Of a DNA stretch of 64,000 nt, positions 48,001 to 60,927 are shown piece by piece. Source of the DNA: Dimorphilus gyrociliatus (Eukaryota > Animalia > Annelida); NCBI GenBank assembly GCA_904063045.1, contig CAJFCJ010000025.1, positions 620,001 to 684,000 on the forward strand, read 5' to 3'. The position numbers and the translations under genes were made by a program. The notes beneath the pieces are model-generated. The model saw only the letters and a program-made list of their open reading frames with translations, was not told the DNA's origin and made no database searches. The stretch's first letter is position 1. Each line of letters starts with the position of its first letter.

Positions 48001-49137
48001 TAAATAAAAGAAGAGGATGTCTCAAAAAATTACATTCTTTTTTTATTATTATCAAGCTGTTAACAATGCAAATTTGACATTTTTCCTATTTATCTTAAAT
48101 GATAGAATGAAGATAGGACTTCAAAAGGAATGGAAGGCGATAATAGGTAAAAAAAAGAAAAATGTAGTTGAAAGTTTTACATTTTCTATTGACTTTCTAA
48201 TGTCTGAAATTAGGTAGGCAGAATAAATAACACAGCTTAAAGTGCTAAATAACATTAGAATTTCGTACTTTTAATATATACTATGTACTATATTTATAGC
48301 ACATCGTAAAATTTATTGTATACAATTAAGGTCAGTCTACAAATTCGAAACTATGCCTATGTAAAACTTTGTTAGATTTTAACCTATTCTAATCTTCTTA
48401 AATTGGTGCCATAGAAGAGATATATAAATTACTATAAAACAAAGAAGGCTTCCTATTATATATATATACATATTTGTATGCAGAGTATATATTTACAATA
48501 GTCTTATTTAATTGGAATCTACTCAGTTTGCACTGAATCTTTATTTCTGTCAGTTTATTTTCTTTCCTAGTCTTACTTCCTTTATTCCCAGTTCACTTGC
48601 CCCTCTATCTCCACTTCTCTCATTCTCTGTCTCTCACTCACTCTCTCTCTCTGTATCTACTAACGGATGGGCGATGAATAATCCAAATATTCGTACACTT
48701 TTCGGTTTTAAAATAATATAATCTTACATTGTAATGTAACTTTTCATGCATTTTATAAAAAGACGTTATGTTTACTGGTTGTTAAATTATTTAAATTGTC
48801 GTTAATATTTACAAAGAAATAAAAAAGAATAGAGCCCTTAGCTGGCGTTGTAGATTGTAATTTTTTCTAAAATAATTCCATTTTAACGAAATTTACACCG
48901 GAATAATTAATTAAAGAGGTTTTAGCCTCAATTATGCTTTATTTTACAATATATATGTATGTTCATATTTCCGCCTGTCTTCCTGTATGTGCAGAGCGGA
49001 ATGATTTGGTTCTTACATGGGGTAAAAGCTGGCATATAGCAAGGAAATCGCAATCCTTATTGATAATAAAAAAGTAACTTACATAATGGGTAATGTAAAA
49101 GAGCCAAAATCAGTAATTTGAGACCTTTAAAAATCAT
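42033..49137 (-). CDS. Receptor-type protein tyrosine phosphatase: signal peptide, unassigned N-terminal domain, EGF-like repeats, 2 FN3-like domains, TM, PTP D1 and D2
   Basis: Inferred signal-peptide exon MIFKGLKLLILALLHYPL (49137-49083) splices in frame to the 47.8 kb exon. Cys-rich 'YGKHCSKICKCLHGTCD..G.C'; TM 'AILGSILLVVAILIFLFMIL'; D1 'WPDHG', 'HCSAGVGRTG', 'VQTAEQY'; D2 'QCHDGFKQSG'; last exon DQYKFLYEIVKQYLEESEV*. Confidence 0.88.
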
Positions 49138-49237
49138 TATTATTATCGACACTATATCTCATTTTGTAGAAACTGGTAGTGTTTGACCCAAATGCCATCT
49201 GTCTTCAAATAGACTGTTGTTTTCGGATTCCGTAACG

Positions 49238-49245
49238 TTTCGCGC
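49238..49245 (+). promoter_or_regulatory. E2F consensus site in the RPTP/CSPP1 divergent promoter
   Basis: TTTCGCGC, about 205 bp upstream of the CSPP1 ATG. Confidence 0.4.
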
Positions 49246-49449
49246 CAGAACACTGCTAATTTCTAAAACACATCGTTTTAACTGACATTTTCGACGCTTT
49301 ATTCACTCGAAAATGACTCCCTGAGATATTTATGATATTTTAGATTTCATATTTCCTAAATTATACTACTGTTTATCGGAGTTTACTTGGTCGTCTTGGA
49401 TATCAAAAGTTTCGTTAAGTTCTTTTAAATCGCAACTAGACAGTTCAAA

Positions 49450-52400
49450 ATGGACGAGGATTTGGAAGCGTTCATTCAAAAGCAAAAGTCAAAATTGGCC
49501 AAGGAACGATCAGACGTCGTAGAGGTAGTATATTTTTTTGCAAATTTTTGTAATTTTTAATCGATAACATGTATTTTAGAATGGATTTCCTAGTTCTCGA
49601 AAAAAGTGGCAAAAAGACAATCAGAATCAAGTTGTAAGTACTTTTGTCGTATTTGAATTACTAACTTTGAAACACAGATTTGTACTTTTACTGTTTTTAA
49701 TGATTTATTTGCACAAAAGAATCTGGAAAGTTTAGATTTTCAGCAATATTCGATTACATAGAGAACATGCGTAGTAGACCATTAGAAAAAAACGTTTTAT
49801 AGGGTGTTCTAAAACATAATAAATCGATATTGCTTAACTTGTAAACTCTGTTGTTATCTATTTCGAGATGAGCAGGAATGTTTTCTAATGGTTTTTATTC
49901 TTTATTGTTGGATAGTATTACGCCTAGAAATGTTTTTAAGCAAACTAAGGAATATTAATCTTTTTGCTATCTATTTCACTTTCACCTCTCTCTCTCTCTT
50001 GTCTATCTATTAATTTTATATTCTACGTTGAGTAGCTGTTTTTGGTCAGTCTTAGAAGGTACTGTAGACATTAATTGAGGTATTTTTTCCGATGATTCAT
50101 ACACGTGTATCTATACAAATTTGTTACCAATATTAAGTATACCTGTGACAAAGAAGTTTTTCCTTACAATTACAGTTAAACGTAAGGCGTAGACCGGAAA
50201 CCCCTGAACATGTGGGCTTGCAGTTAGGTGGATATGAGGAAAAACGAAAGAAAATTGTCGAAGATCAAACAAAGGATCTTAAAGAGTATTTGGCAAAGGT
50301 TGGGTTTTAAAAAAAAAACAAATGCAAAATGTCCATATATTAAAAAAGCAAATCTCTTGGAACTTGTTAAATTAGAAACCACCTACTGCACCTCGTCGAC
50401 GTCCAACAACCCCACAACATGAAGGTCTTCCAGTGGGTAGATATCAAGAAGAAAGACGACGTCTGGCCGAAGAAAGGAATACAGAGATGCAAGAAGTTTT
50501 AAAAAAGGTAGCCATAGAAAAAGTTAAAGAACGATAATTCAAAGTATTTGCTAAAACAAATATAAAAAACAGCAAAGAGAGGGAAGTGCTAGAAGGGCTT
50601 GGCCTGAAGAAAATCAGGGATTAAAGCTAAGTAATACAGAAGAGAAACAGAAATTATTAAATGCGGAAAGACAGGAAGAGTATAAAGAATATTTAAAAGG
50701 GGTAAATTAGTTTACAATCGTAATGAATATTTGATTGGTTTCATTAATCTCTTATACTGATTGACTATCCAATCTATACCTATTTTAAATACTTAAATAA
50801 TCGAAAAGAAAAGATATTGTAGCCATTTATGATGCTAAAACAAATTTGGAGGATCAATACTTCTCTATATATAAATATATTTAGAGAACAACTATTGTCT
50901 TTCGGTCAGAGAGAAACACATTTGAGAAGAGAACCAACGGAATCAACAATTTCTAACGGATACCTTTTTGATAAAACTGATGAAGAGGAAAAGAAGTTTA
51001 AATTAAGAGAGGAACGCATGAACGAATATAACGAGATGTTGAGCAAAATGGTTATTAAAGTTGCCTAACAACCTATAACATATTGTCATTGAATATGTAG
51101 AAACAATGAAAAATATTTATCATATTATTCTATTTAAATAATATTTAAATATTTAAATAGCTTAAACGCATAATTCAAACATAGTTTTGACTAGGTTTTT
51201 TGAAATCGTACTTAATTTTATATGTAGATATTTATAGCAATCTTTTAAATCTTTTAAAAATTTCATATTGCGTCTACATTCTAATTGACAATGTGTATTT
51301 GTTCTTTTCCTGAAATTGAAGAGCTTTTCACAAACTAGAAATGTGTTAAATGCAGGTACCAACTTCAAAAACGGATTACCAGGTACCTGAAAATTTAGGA
51401 ATACCAATTGGAGAAAGGGGTGCTACACATATTGAGGAAAAATTAGCTGAAGAACGACGAACAGATTATCAGAACATGTTGAAAAAGGTTGAAAAGATTT
51501 TACACTATATTAATAGGATATTAGAAGTTGACCAATCTTAGCAAAATCAATAGACGATCAATTGTTCCCAGTCTGTTTTGTATGTTTTTTAATCGTGTAT
51601 AGATAGCTTCTGTACTTCTATTAACATAACGTAAGGGCTTTTACTTTGTTTGAAAAATGTTTATTGTTGTTTAGTTACCGGAGCAGAACGTTTACTCTGA
51701 AGTTCTTGAAGAAGAAAATTTTAAGGTGTGATTCGAAATGAGATTTGTTTGCTGTTGTACTTTTCTATATAGAATAGACATTTCACCAAAGCTAATCTTT
51801 TAAAAGGATAAAAATTAGATATAAATAACATTGACCTTTTATTATTTCAGACGGAAAATAATCGGAATACTTTAAGCCGTCCTGTTATACAGACCACTCA
51901 ACCATTAGCAGATCCTACTGATAATAACGGCTTCTTGAATAAGTTTGGAGCTTACGAAGAGAGAAAGAAAAAACTCGATGAAGAACGGCGGCGAGATTTT
52001 CAAAAGTTGCAAGCAGAGGTAAATTTTTATTATTTTTTTTTTTACAAAGAATCCATTACATTCACAGTTTATTTTAATTAAACCATTTTTTCTCCAATTA
52101 GCAAAAATTAAGATCGACTGGACAAGTTAGTAATCCAGCGATGGATTATGCGGGAGGTTTACCTAGCTCAAGAGGCACTCAGTTACCATATGAAAACTTG
52201 AAAGAAAGAGAATATACAGAAACATTTCAAGATAGACGATCAGCTGCAGAAGATGATCGTCGAGAACCTCCACTTCCAATACTTGTAAAATGTTTTAAAT
52301 TTGTAATAGATTAATTATTTAAATTTATTTTTTAAATAGAGAAGACAGCCACCGGTACCAGATAATGGTTTTCAGGCAAGTCTTCCCGGAGTTAGAGATC

Positions 52401-54013
52401 ATCCCTCAGCTGAAGTAAGTAATAGTATTTATTCGAATTGTTCTCATAAAATTATCTCTCTTTTGTGTCAATTTATATTACTCTGTATATAGTTTTTATA
52501 CCCATCTGAATTTGAAGTGAGTATATATACTTAGATGTATATAATGTATTAATAAATACATAGCACTGTATATACATATAAGTATGATTTACGAAAAATT
52601 CATATAAAGCATATAAAAAAATACAGTTTCTTTACTTTGTTGTAAAGTGCTTGAAAGAAATATGCATATTATATCATTATAAAGTAGATATATATTAAAA
52701 AAGACCTGCCTTATCCATATAAAACTAGAGCACATGAATAATAATAATTTTGCATATTTCCTTTCATCACAATTACATTATTGTATTCTTTTTTGATCAT
52801 CATTGAAGACTTTCCTCTCTTCCATGATGATTATATATGCATTTTTTAGAGTAAAAAGTATACATATATACATTACTGTATACTGTATATAGAGTATAGA
52901 CATATTTTCATGCCAGAAAAGTAGTTGATTAAAAATATTTTCTTATTTTTATTGATTTATTTTAATTTTTAGACAATGATCAATAGGGCTAGATTCTTTA
53001 TGGTTCTAATTTCTTTTTCTTTTTATCTTGAATGAAGAAAGTCAAAAGAATAAAAACAAGAAATTCACCTCACGTTTTATCTTTTTATTAAATAAATTTC
53101 TTTCATTATGATTTAAATATATTTTTAGTAAAGTTATAGATATATTTTGTATAGTTTTTGAATTTACATATTCTATTGTTCAATGATTAATATATCTCTT
53201 TTTTCTCCAAGATGAGAAAAGTGAAGGAAAGAAATAAAGAATATAATGATTTTTTGAAATGGAAACAACAAGAAGTTGTATTTAAATTTTCTTTTAAAGT
53301 ATTCTTTCTAATTTATTCTGTCTACTTATTTTAATAGGAAGCTCTGAAACGCTCTCATCCTACACCTAGACAGGGGTGGGCTTCTCCTACATACGAAGAA
53401 ATATTAGATAGAAAAAGGAAAGAGGAGCGTTCCTACAGAAGATTAAACGATACTGATGGTGATGGACGTATTGGTGGTGCTAATTATATGATGACATCAA
53501 TGAGTGATGGTCACTTAAATAAACTGCAAGACGTATTTATGGCTTCTTATATCATTAGCCAAAAATTAGTGATATTTATTTTAATTCATAGGATGAAGAA
53601 CGAAAATTCAGGGACTTGGACAGAGAATATGAATCAAAGTAAGATCTATATATAAATACGATTTGTTATATAACAATTATTTTTTTAGAAAAGTACGCTT
53701 TGCTCAAGAGAGAAGTATTGGCCCAAGCGATCCTGTTTCAACGGTAATAAAATATAATAAACACCTCTATGCTTTATTCAAAACTTTCCAAGGCGCTATC
53801 TAAATTTTTGCTGAGCTTATAATTTCTGAAATTATCTCATATAATCTCTTTCTCAACAAATATATACTTTATATATATACATATGAAATTTGTATACAAT
53901 TCTCATCAAAAGAAAATGGCAGACTAATAAAGCTTAAAAGTTTTCCTGAGTTAACTACCGTTCTTGAATCGTCCTTATTTGGCCACTGTCCATATATTTA
54001 TGATAAGAATTGT

Positions 54014-54044
<31 letters not shown>

Positions 54045-57000
54045 AACACTCTATGTATGCTTATTTGACCTGAAAAAAAGAAACCTGGAGAAAGTAATGA
54101 TATATCCAATTCCTTACCAAAGTCTAAGAGAAGGGGCAAATACATTTTTATGGAAGAAAGAGACAGAGAGGAAACTGTTTCCTATCCTGTTCGAATAAAT
54201 GAATCATCCGGAGCATTAGAGGTTTCATTAAATGTTTCGAGTGTTTTTTTTCGGCTCACTTTATCAACTCGAAGTGTTTTTTCTATTTACTCTTTTTTAC
54301 CTTCACAAATTGTCTCTGTGGATAAAAGAGTTAATTAGATTATCTTTTCTTAAAAAGAAAAAATTTTTAGTATTTACTTTTAAATGTTTTTATTTATATA
54401 AGCAAAATTGAAGTTTTATTACCTGTTCTTTTTACTTAATTCAGCCACGACAGGACAATATTTCGTACCCTTCTCGAGCAACTCCAATTAGCAGTAGAAA
54501 TCAAGATCAAAGTAGTAACATCTTTATGGGTAAGTTTTCTACTTAACCAGTCTAAAAGGATTTTATTTAGCTCACTTATTTCTGAATTTAATTTCTAAGG
54601 GAGAGAAGTCCGTCGTAGCGCAGAAGCTCGAAAGAAAGAAGCTTATAGACAGGAGCTTCTAAGACAAATGGAAGATTCTAATGCTTTAAAAATCCGGTAA
54701 TTTTTACTTTCTACCTTGTTACATTATATTAAACTCAATTAACGATTTTGTTTTTCACACTTTAAAGGGAAAAGAGAGAGGATTTAAAAGTCAACGCAAC
54801 CGGTGCAGTTGATCCAACTAAACAAAATTCTTTCGGAGCATCTCGAAGGGCTCAAGATAATTTTAGGTTTGTAAATTATGATAATTACTACTTTTACAGA
54901 TAATAAGAAGTATTCTTAATTTTTGAACTATTAACAGCACATTTAATTTTCTAAATAATTTACCAAGGTATTTATCAAGCAAACAAACAGATAAAACTTT
55001 AAGGAATATAAAAAATACGATAGGATATTTCTTTCATTTCTAAGATAAAGATAATTTGAAAGCGAAAGAGTGAATTTACCTATATCTGCTACTATCTTCA
55101 TCTTAATAATAAAATACCCTAAACATTTTCAATCGTTCTTCTGGAATCTTGCTATCTTTTGTATCTGTATTATATCTCCTTGCTATTTACATTTTTTCTG
55201 GCTTTTAATGATATTGTTAATTTTTACTCGAACAGTCCTCGGAAGATAATATTTGATGATCAACCAAAAGAAATTCCAAGACCAAGAGTAGATAATGGAG
55301 GTTTGTTGGAGACGGGATTTAAAGGGTTGTTCGATAGTGGATCTAATAAAGCGCACCCGTAATAAATTATTATTTTACTATTAGTTGTTAAATAACTTAT
55401 AGTATATAACACGTTTTTAAATAGATATTATGGTACATTGCAAGTTGATGACGCGTACTCTTACTACGCAACAGTTGATCCGATGGACAATCCTACAAGT
55501 ATAAATTTTTGATTAATGTTTTGCATTGATAGATTTATACATCTTTCGAAATCATTCAGATGGATCTGCACAAATTGCACAACAAACCAATCAACCTTCT
55601 GTAAATAGTACACGAAAACCGCCAATGTTAGTATATATTTCAGGACTTTTATGTTATGTAACAAATAATCCAATTATTCAGACCATCATTTGAAAAACCG
55701 CAAGAAAGAAATAATAATTTCCCATTTAGAAGTGATGATGATGTTTCTGCTGCAAAGAAATCTGCTAAACTAACATATCAACAAGAATTACAAAAACAAG
55801 TAATTTCTCTTATTTAAACATGACATTTTATGATATAGAATATAACTAAATACAAGTTATAATATTGTACTATCAGATTGAGGAGCAAAAAGCCAAAAAG
55901 CGAAGAGAAAAAGAAGAAAAAGAAAGATACGATAGAAAAATTGAGGAGGAAATTAGAAATTATGATCCTTTTGGTAAAGGCGGTGGTGGAGCACCTCTTA
56001 GAGATGAACAAGGAAATGTCGTAGGTTCGTACCAATATGATTTTACGTATACTTTCAATAAAGTAAGGAAAGAAGAAATATAAATTCTAAGTAACATTAA
56101 ATACTGTAATTTTAAAGTATATAGTTTACAATGTATTATTAACTTTATGTACTATTTAAAAAAAATAAGAAACTAAAACAAAGTTATTATAAAAATTGTT
56201 CTATAACTTTATTTATAGCTGAAAGAAAGCGAAAAAATTCGGGTAAACCATAATCATTTCCGTTCATTAATTTTTTTCCTTTTAAATTTATATATTTCAG
56301 TTTTGCTCATTTCAATCAAATTTTTTACCCAAAATTTTTATTATTATATATAAGCAAAAGTAATTTCTCCAATTATATTCTATTTATTTTCCCTGTCGAG
56401 GAAAAGAGCAAGCAAGCATATAAAAACAAACTTGTCACTTTTAAACATTGCCAAATCAAAAATATTAAATGGTTTTTTTATGACTTCTTTTCAAATAATA
56501 TCTCGAATTTGAATGATTTTTAGAATATACAGTATACATATACTATATATATACTATATATATACTATATATACTTATTTGATTCTATTTTCTAATCACA
56601 AGCAAACCTGAATCATTCATTCAATTTCGTTTAATTTGTACAAAAAAATATGAACAAATTAAATAAATTTGCTAACCAAAATCACAATTTTCTCTTTCGT
56701 AGTCATATTTTTTTCCTCTTTGTTATCTTTAAGTTTTTGCACGGGTTCTTTTTGGTTATTTACTGGATTTTTATTTATCTTTATTATTAACTAATTAATA
56801 CACTTTAAAAAGAGGAAGTAAACGCTTATTCGAGTAGTTATTTCCTTTTTTTTGTATTAATATTGTTATTATCATTATTATTATTATTATTTTTATTATT
56901 ACCACTATTACTGTTATTATGTTATTGATTTCTTCCTAATGTAATATTTCTTTAGTTTAAAAGTTTACTTCTATTAAATATAGCTGACCTGAGATCTATG

Positions 57001-60000
57001 CATATGGATAATGAAGAAAAACAGTTGTCACCGAGAAATGCACCTCCTCCAACTCATCGATCAGAAGTTTATCTTAGTCCTAGAGATATTCCTAATATTC
57101 CTAGATTAGATGGCGCAGCGAGTGTTGAACAAAGTCACGCACGCGGGGGACATGGAATATTTGGAGACCCAAAAAGTGATGTACAGAAAAATCAAATGGA
57201 TAGATACAGAGAAGATTTACGTAAGCAAATCGAAGATAAGAAAAAAGAAGATGCTGAGAAGAAGAGAAGAGAAGATGAAGAAGAACAGAGATCAATTAGA
57301 AAATGGCAAGAGCAGCAAGATAAGTTAGCTAGAGAGTTTGAAGAAGAAAAAAAGCGGGAAAGGGAAAAGCGAGAGCAACAGCAAAGAGTAGAAGAAGAAC
57401 AGAGAAGAAAATTGGAAGAAGAAAGATTGGAGGCGGAAAGAATAAGAAAGAATGCTATGGATGAAAAGCGTAAACAAAGAGATGATAAACCCCAAAATGG
57501 TGACGAGGTAGAAATTTTATAGGTTATAGATAAATAACATTAGTTGTTTACTGTAATTTTAACTGTAGTTGGTTGTTTTTAACACCTGGGGATAAAATTT
57601 TTCTTTTTAGCCGTCAGCTAATGTCGCTGAGAACAGATCTCGTTCTCCGCCAATACCAACTTTGCAAAATAAAACGAGACCATCTTCTACTAGTAGCGGA
57701 AAAAATATAGTTGCTGGTGGTGGTGATAGGGGTGGTAGTGGTTCTAGACCTAACTCTGTAAGTTCTAACCAATTTTAAATATTTTTTCTATCTGCTCTCG
57801 TAAACAAAACGCATAAATTTTTTTTAATTCATAAAATATAATGTCTTCGTTTTTCATCGATTTGAGTCATCGGCTAATAGAGCTTTATTAATTTAGCTAT
57901 CAAATTATTTCTATATTACATTCATTTCACAACAACTGCAAAAAAAGAAATTTTTTTTTTCTTTACACTCTTTATTATTAAAATATTAGAAGCTTAAGAG
58001 CTGTTTTTATGATAGGGTAAAAGGTCAACATCACCTCCGCTTCCAGCTCAAAGATCTTTGTTGAGAAAAAACAGTAAGTTTTCTTTCAAACTTGAACTGT
58101 TAAGTTTTTTATTTACAATCCATTGCGAATTTTAGGTGCCGATGTTCTAAGTCAATTAGCTAACCTAAAGGAGCAATTGCATAGCGAAAGGCAAAGGGTA
58201 GAAAATGCTTTAGAACACGAAAAGGTATAGATATACAGTATATACTGTGTATACTGTATATAAATATATATGTAATTAAAATTATTTTGTTAAAAATAAG
58301 TCCAAGCCGGAAATCTATGATCCAAGAACTTATCAAAGAGTTCCTCATACTTCTAATAGGAGGGATGTTGATATCTTTGATTTAGGTCGACAAAAACCGG
58401 TATCCGTCAGACCAAAAGACGATTATAACCTAAACGGTGAGTGGTTGTATTTTTTTAATTAATCTTTGTAAATGTTTAGACGAAATTGAATATTTTGTTT
58501 GATTAACAAAAATACCAAAAAGTTTACAAACAAAACAAAGAATTTGAAAAAATAGTTGAAGATATTCTGTTTTTATCCATTTTCTTTTTCATTTTCTTTC
58601 TAATCCATTTTGATTCATTCATAAACATATTCAAAATACTTATTAAGATTACTACGATAGCTTTATTAAAATGTAGATCATCTAGATGTGAGCTTTAAAT
58701 ATAAGAATCATTTTCCTAAAGTTTCATTTAGCTATGTATATTTAAACAGAGTTTCTGTATATAAAAGCTCTAGCCTTTCATTAATGTAACGCTCTGTTGA
58801 TCGTAACAACAGTTTGTTTACATGTTAACGATTTTTTCCAACTGAGAAGCATAGATGGTCGAGCGACCATTGCAATCCTCTTCTGATTTTGTCGATGAAA
58901 CCATTGAACCGGGCGCATCATTATTTATCGTGCCCGATGAAGAAGATTTCGAAGAGATACTCCATAAAATTTTAGGTAGTTTTTATTAATTAGGGTATTA
59001 TTGTTTTTTTTGTTACCCATGTCAGACGAAATCGTCAGAAAGCCTCGGAGAGTTCCCGTAATAAACGATAGACTAGAAGCTGAGCAACTTGAGTTATTAA
59101 AAGCTCATCAAAATAGACTTAAACAAATGAAAGAGAGTAAGAAATTGTAGTTTTATAAGCATAACATAAATAAAGCATAAATTAATATGGCGATTATCGA
59201 CTAATTGATTAACAGTTTTTTCTTTCTTATTCTACTTTAGATCACGCTTTTAATCAAAATTAATTAACAATTGTACTATTTTTATAATTATTTAAATATA
59301 AATAATAATTATAATTAAAAGATATTTTAATAAAATTTTTAGCTATTTTTAATTAAAAAAAAATAACAATAATATAACTAAAAATACTATTATTTAATCT
59401 ATGAAACTAGAATATATTTTTTTTTTTAAAAAAAATAGACAAAACAAAAATTAATAAAAATTCAAACTATTCTTTGCGTATACATATATTATTTTTAGTT
59501 TTATTATTATGTTAATGTTACAGTTATAACATTTATTATTATTATTAATATTATTATATACATGTACAAAAAACTGCATGTGTATGTATATACAGTATAT
59601 TCAGTTTACCGACCTAATTAACTATTCTCTTATTAATGCACCTTGACTTCTCCAAAAACTTCTTTCTTTCCTCTTTACCACCCAAATTAATTCATCTCGA
59701 GCATTTAAACATTTTATGTGTTTACTTTGTGTTTAATTAAAATGACATACTTTTTAATGTATTATTACTTTTTTTTTATCCCCTTTCTCTTTCTCTCTCT
59801 CTCGCTCCTTCTCTTACTCATCTCATTTAGGTCCCTATGCGAAGGAGAGAGATTTTGATCGTAATCTTATTCGACCATCGTCTAACGAATCAGCGACATT
59901 ATTAGCCTCAAAGAGCGAGTATCTACCTTACGAGGAAAGACCCGAACATGATCCATATAGTTTGGATAAATCCCATTCTAGGCGAAGGAACGATTCGGCG

Positions 60001-60505
60001 AGATCTAGACGTAGAAACCGATTTGAACCAGAGGTAAAAAAAACAAAGAAAACAATTGTTTTGAAAATACACTAATTTGGATATTTCCTTTTCTTAGCCT
60101 TTCGAAATGGGCAGTCAGGCAAGTTTAAATGTGGATGCCATATCAAAAAAGAATGAAGAAAGATTAAAGAAATTGAGGTCATTTGGTGGTTGGTATTTTT
60201 TGCTATTGATGCATAGATTGAAAAAACATAAATTTAAACTGACTATCATCTAAAATTGGAAATATATTATTCTAGATGAACATTCAAATGGCGATCCGGA
60301 CGAAATTTTGGACAAATTTATGACATCAAACAAACACAGCAGGTAGACATATCTATTATACAATGCAAATATTTTCCTATTTTTGTATTAAATTTCAATT
60401 ATTTAAAAATACTTATTAAACAATTGCAGACCGCCATCCGGTCGAACGTTACAGGATGAAACTTGGCTGCGACCTGGAACAGGTTCAAGAGCAACAGCTC
60501 ATTAA
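49450..60505 (+). CDS. CSPP1: Centrosome and spindle pole-associated protein 1
   Basis: More than 30 exons. Starts '[19 protein letters not shown]'; central '[19 protein letters not shown]'; '[10 protein letters not shown]'; 'DIFDLGRQ'; ends '[15 protein letters not shown]'. These match the CSPP1 motifs I recall. Confidence 0.88.
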
Positions 60506-60883
60506 ATATCTTTTAAATTATAACAGTCAAAGACTTAGTTTGGCGCTCCGTCCGTGACCAATTAACACTCTTTCCAACTGTGATGTAAAAATACAAATTA
60601 TTTACTTGCTAAATGTTTATAATAAGCGTTTAATCAACAAATTTAATTTATTCAAACTTCCAATAAATTGTTCAGTGTTACGTTTTAGTAAGAGAGAAAG
60701 GGAAGGAAGATGTATCTATTTTACAGTGAAGAAGGCACTGTTTGTAAAGAGAATATTTGCTATAAAAAAAAAACTTTCTGTATGCTCATGTATCTGTTCT
60801 GTTTAAATTAAGAAGTAATATAATTGCTAGTAATAATTTTCATCTATTATATACTATACTATATAAAGCTATGTATTGATATA

Positions 60884-60886
<3 letters not shown>

Positions 60887-60925
<39 letters not shown>
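60887..60925. repeat. (TA)n microsatellite
   Basis: Directly visible. Confidence 0.95.

Positions 60926-60927
<2 letters not shown>

Noticed and set aside
50056-50058. 3-nt microexon candidate (cttAG|AAG|GTACTG) in CSPP1 intron 3
   Set aside because: Frame-compatible, but too short and its signals too common to distinguish from chance without reads.
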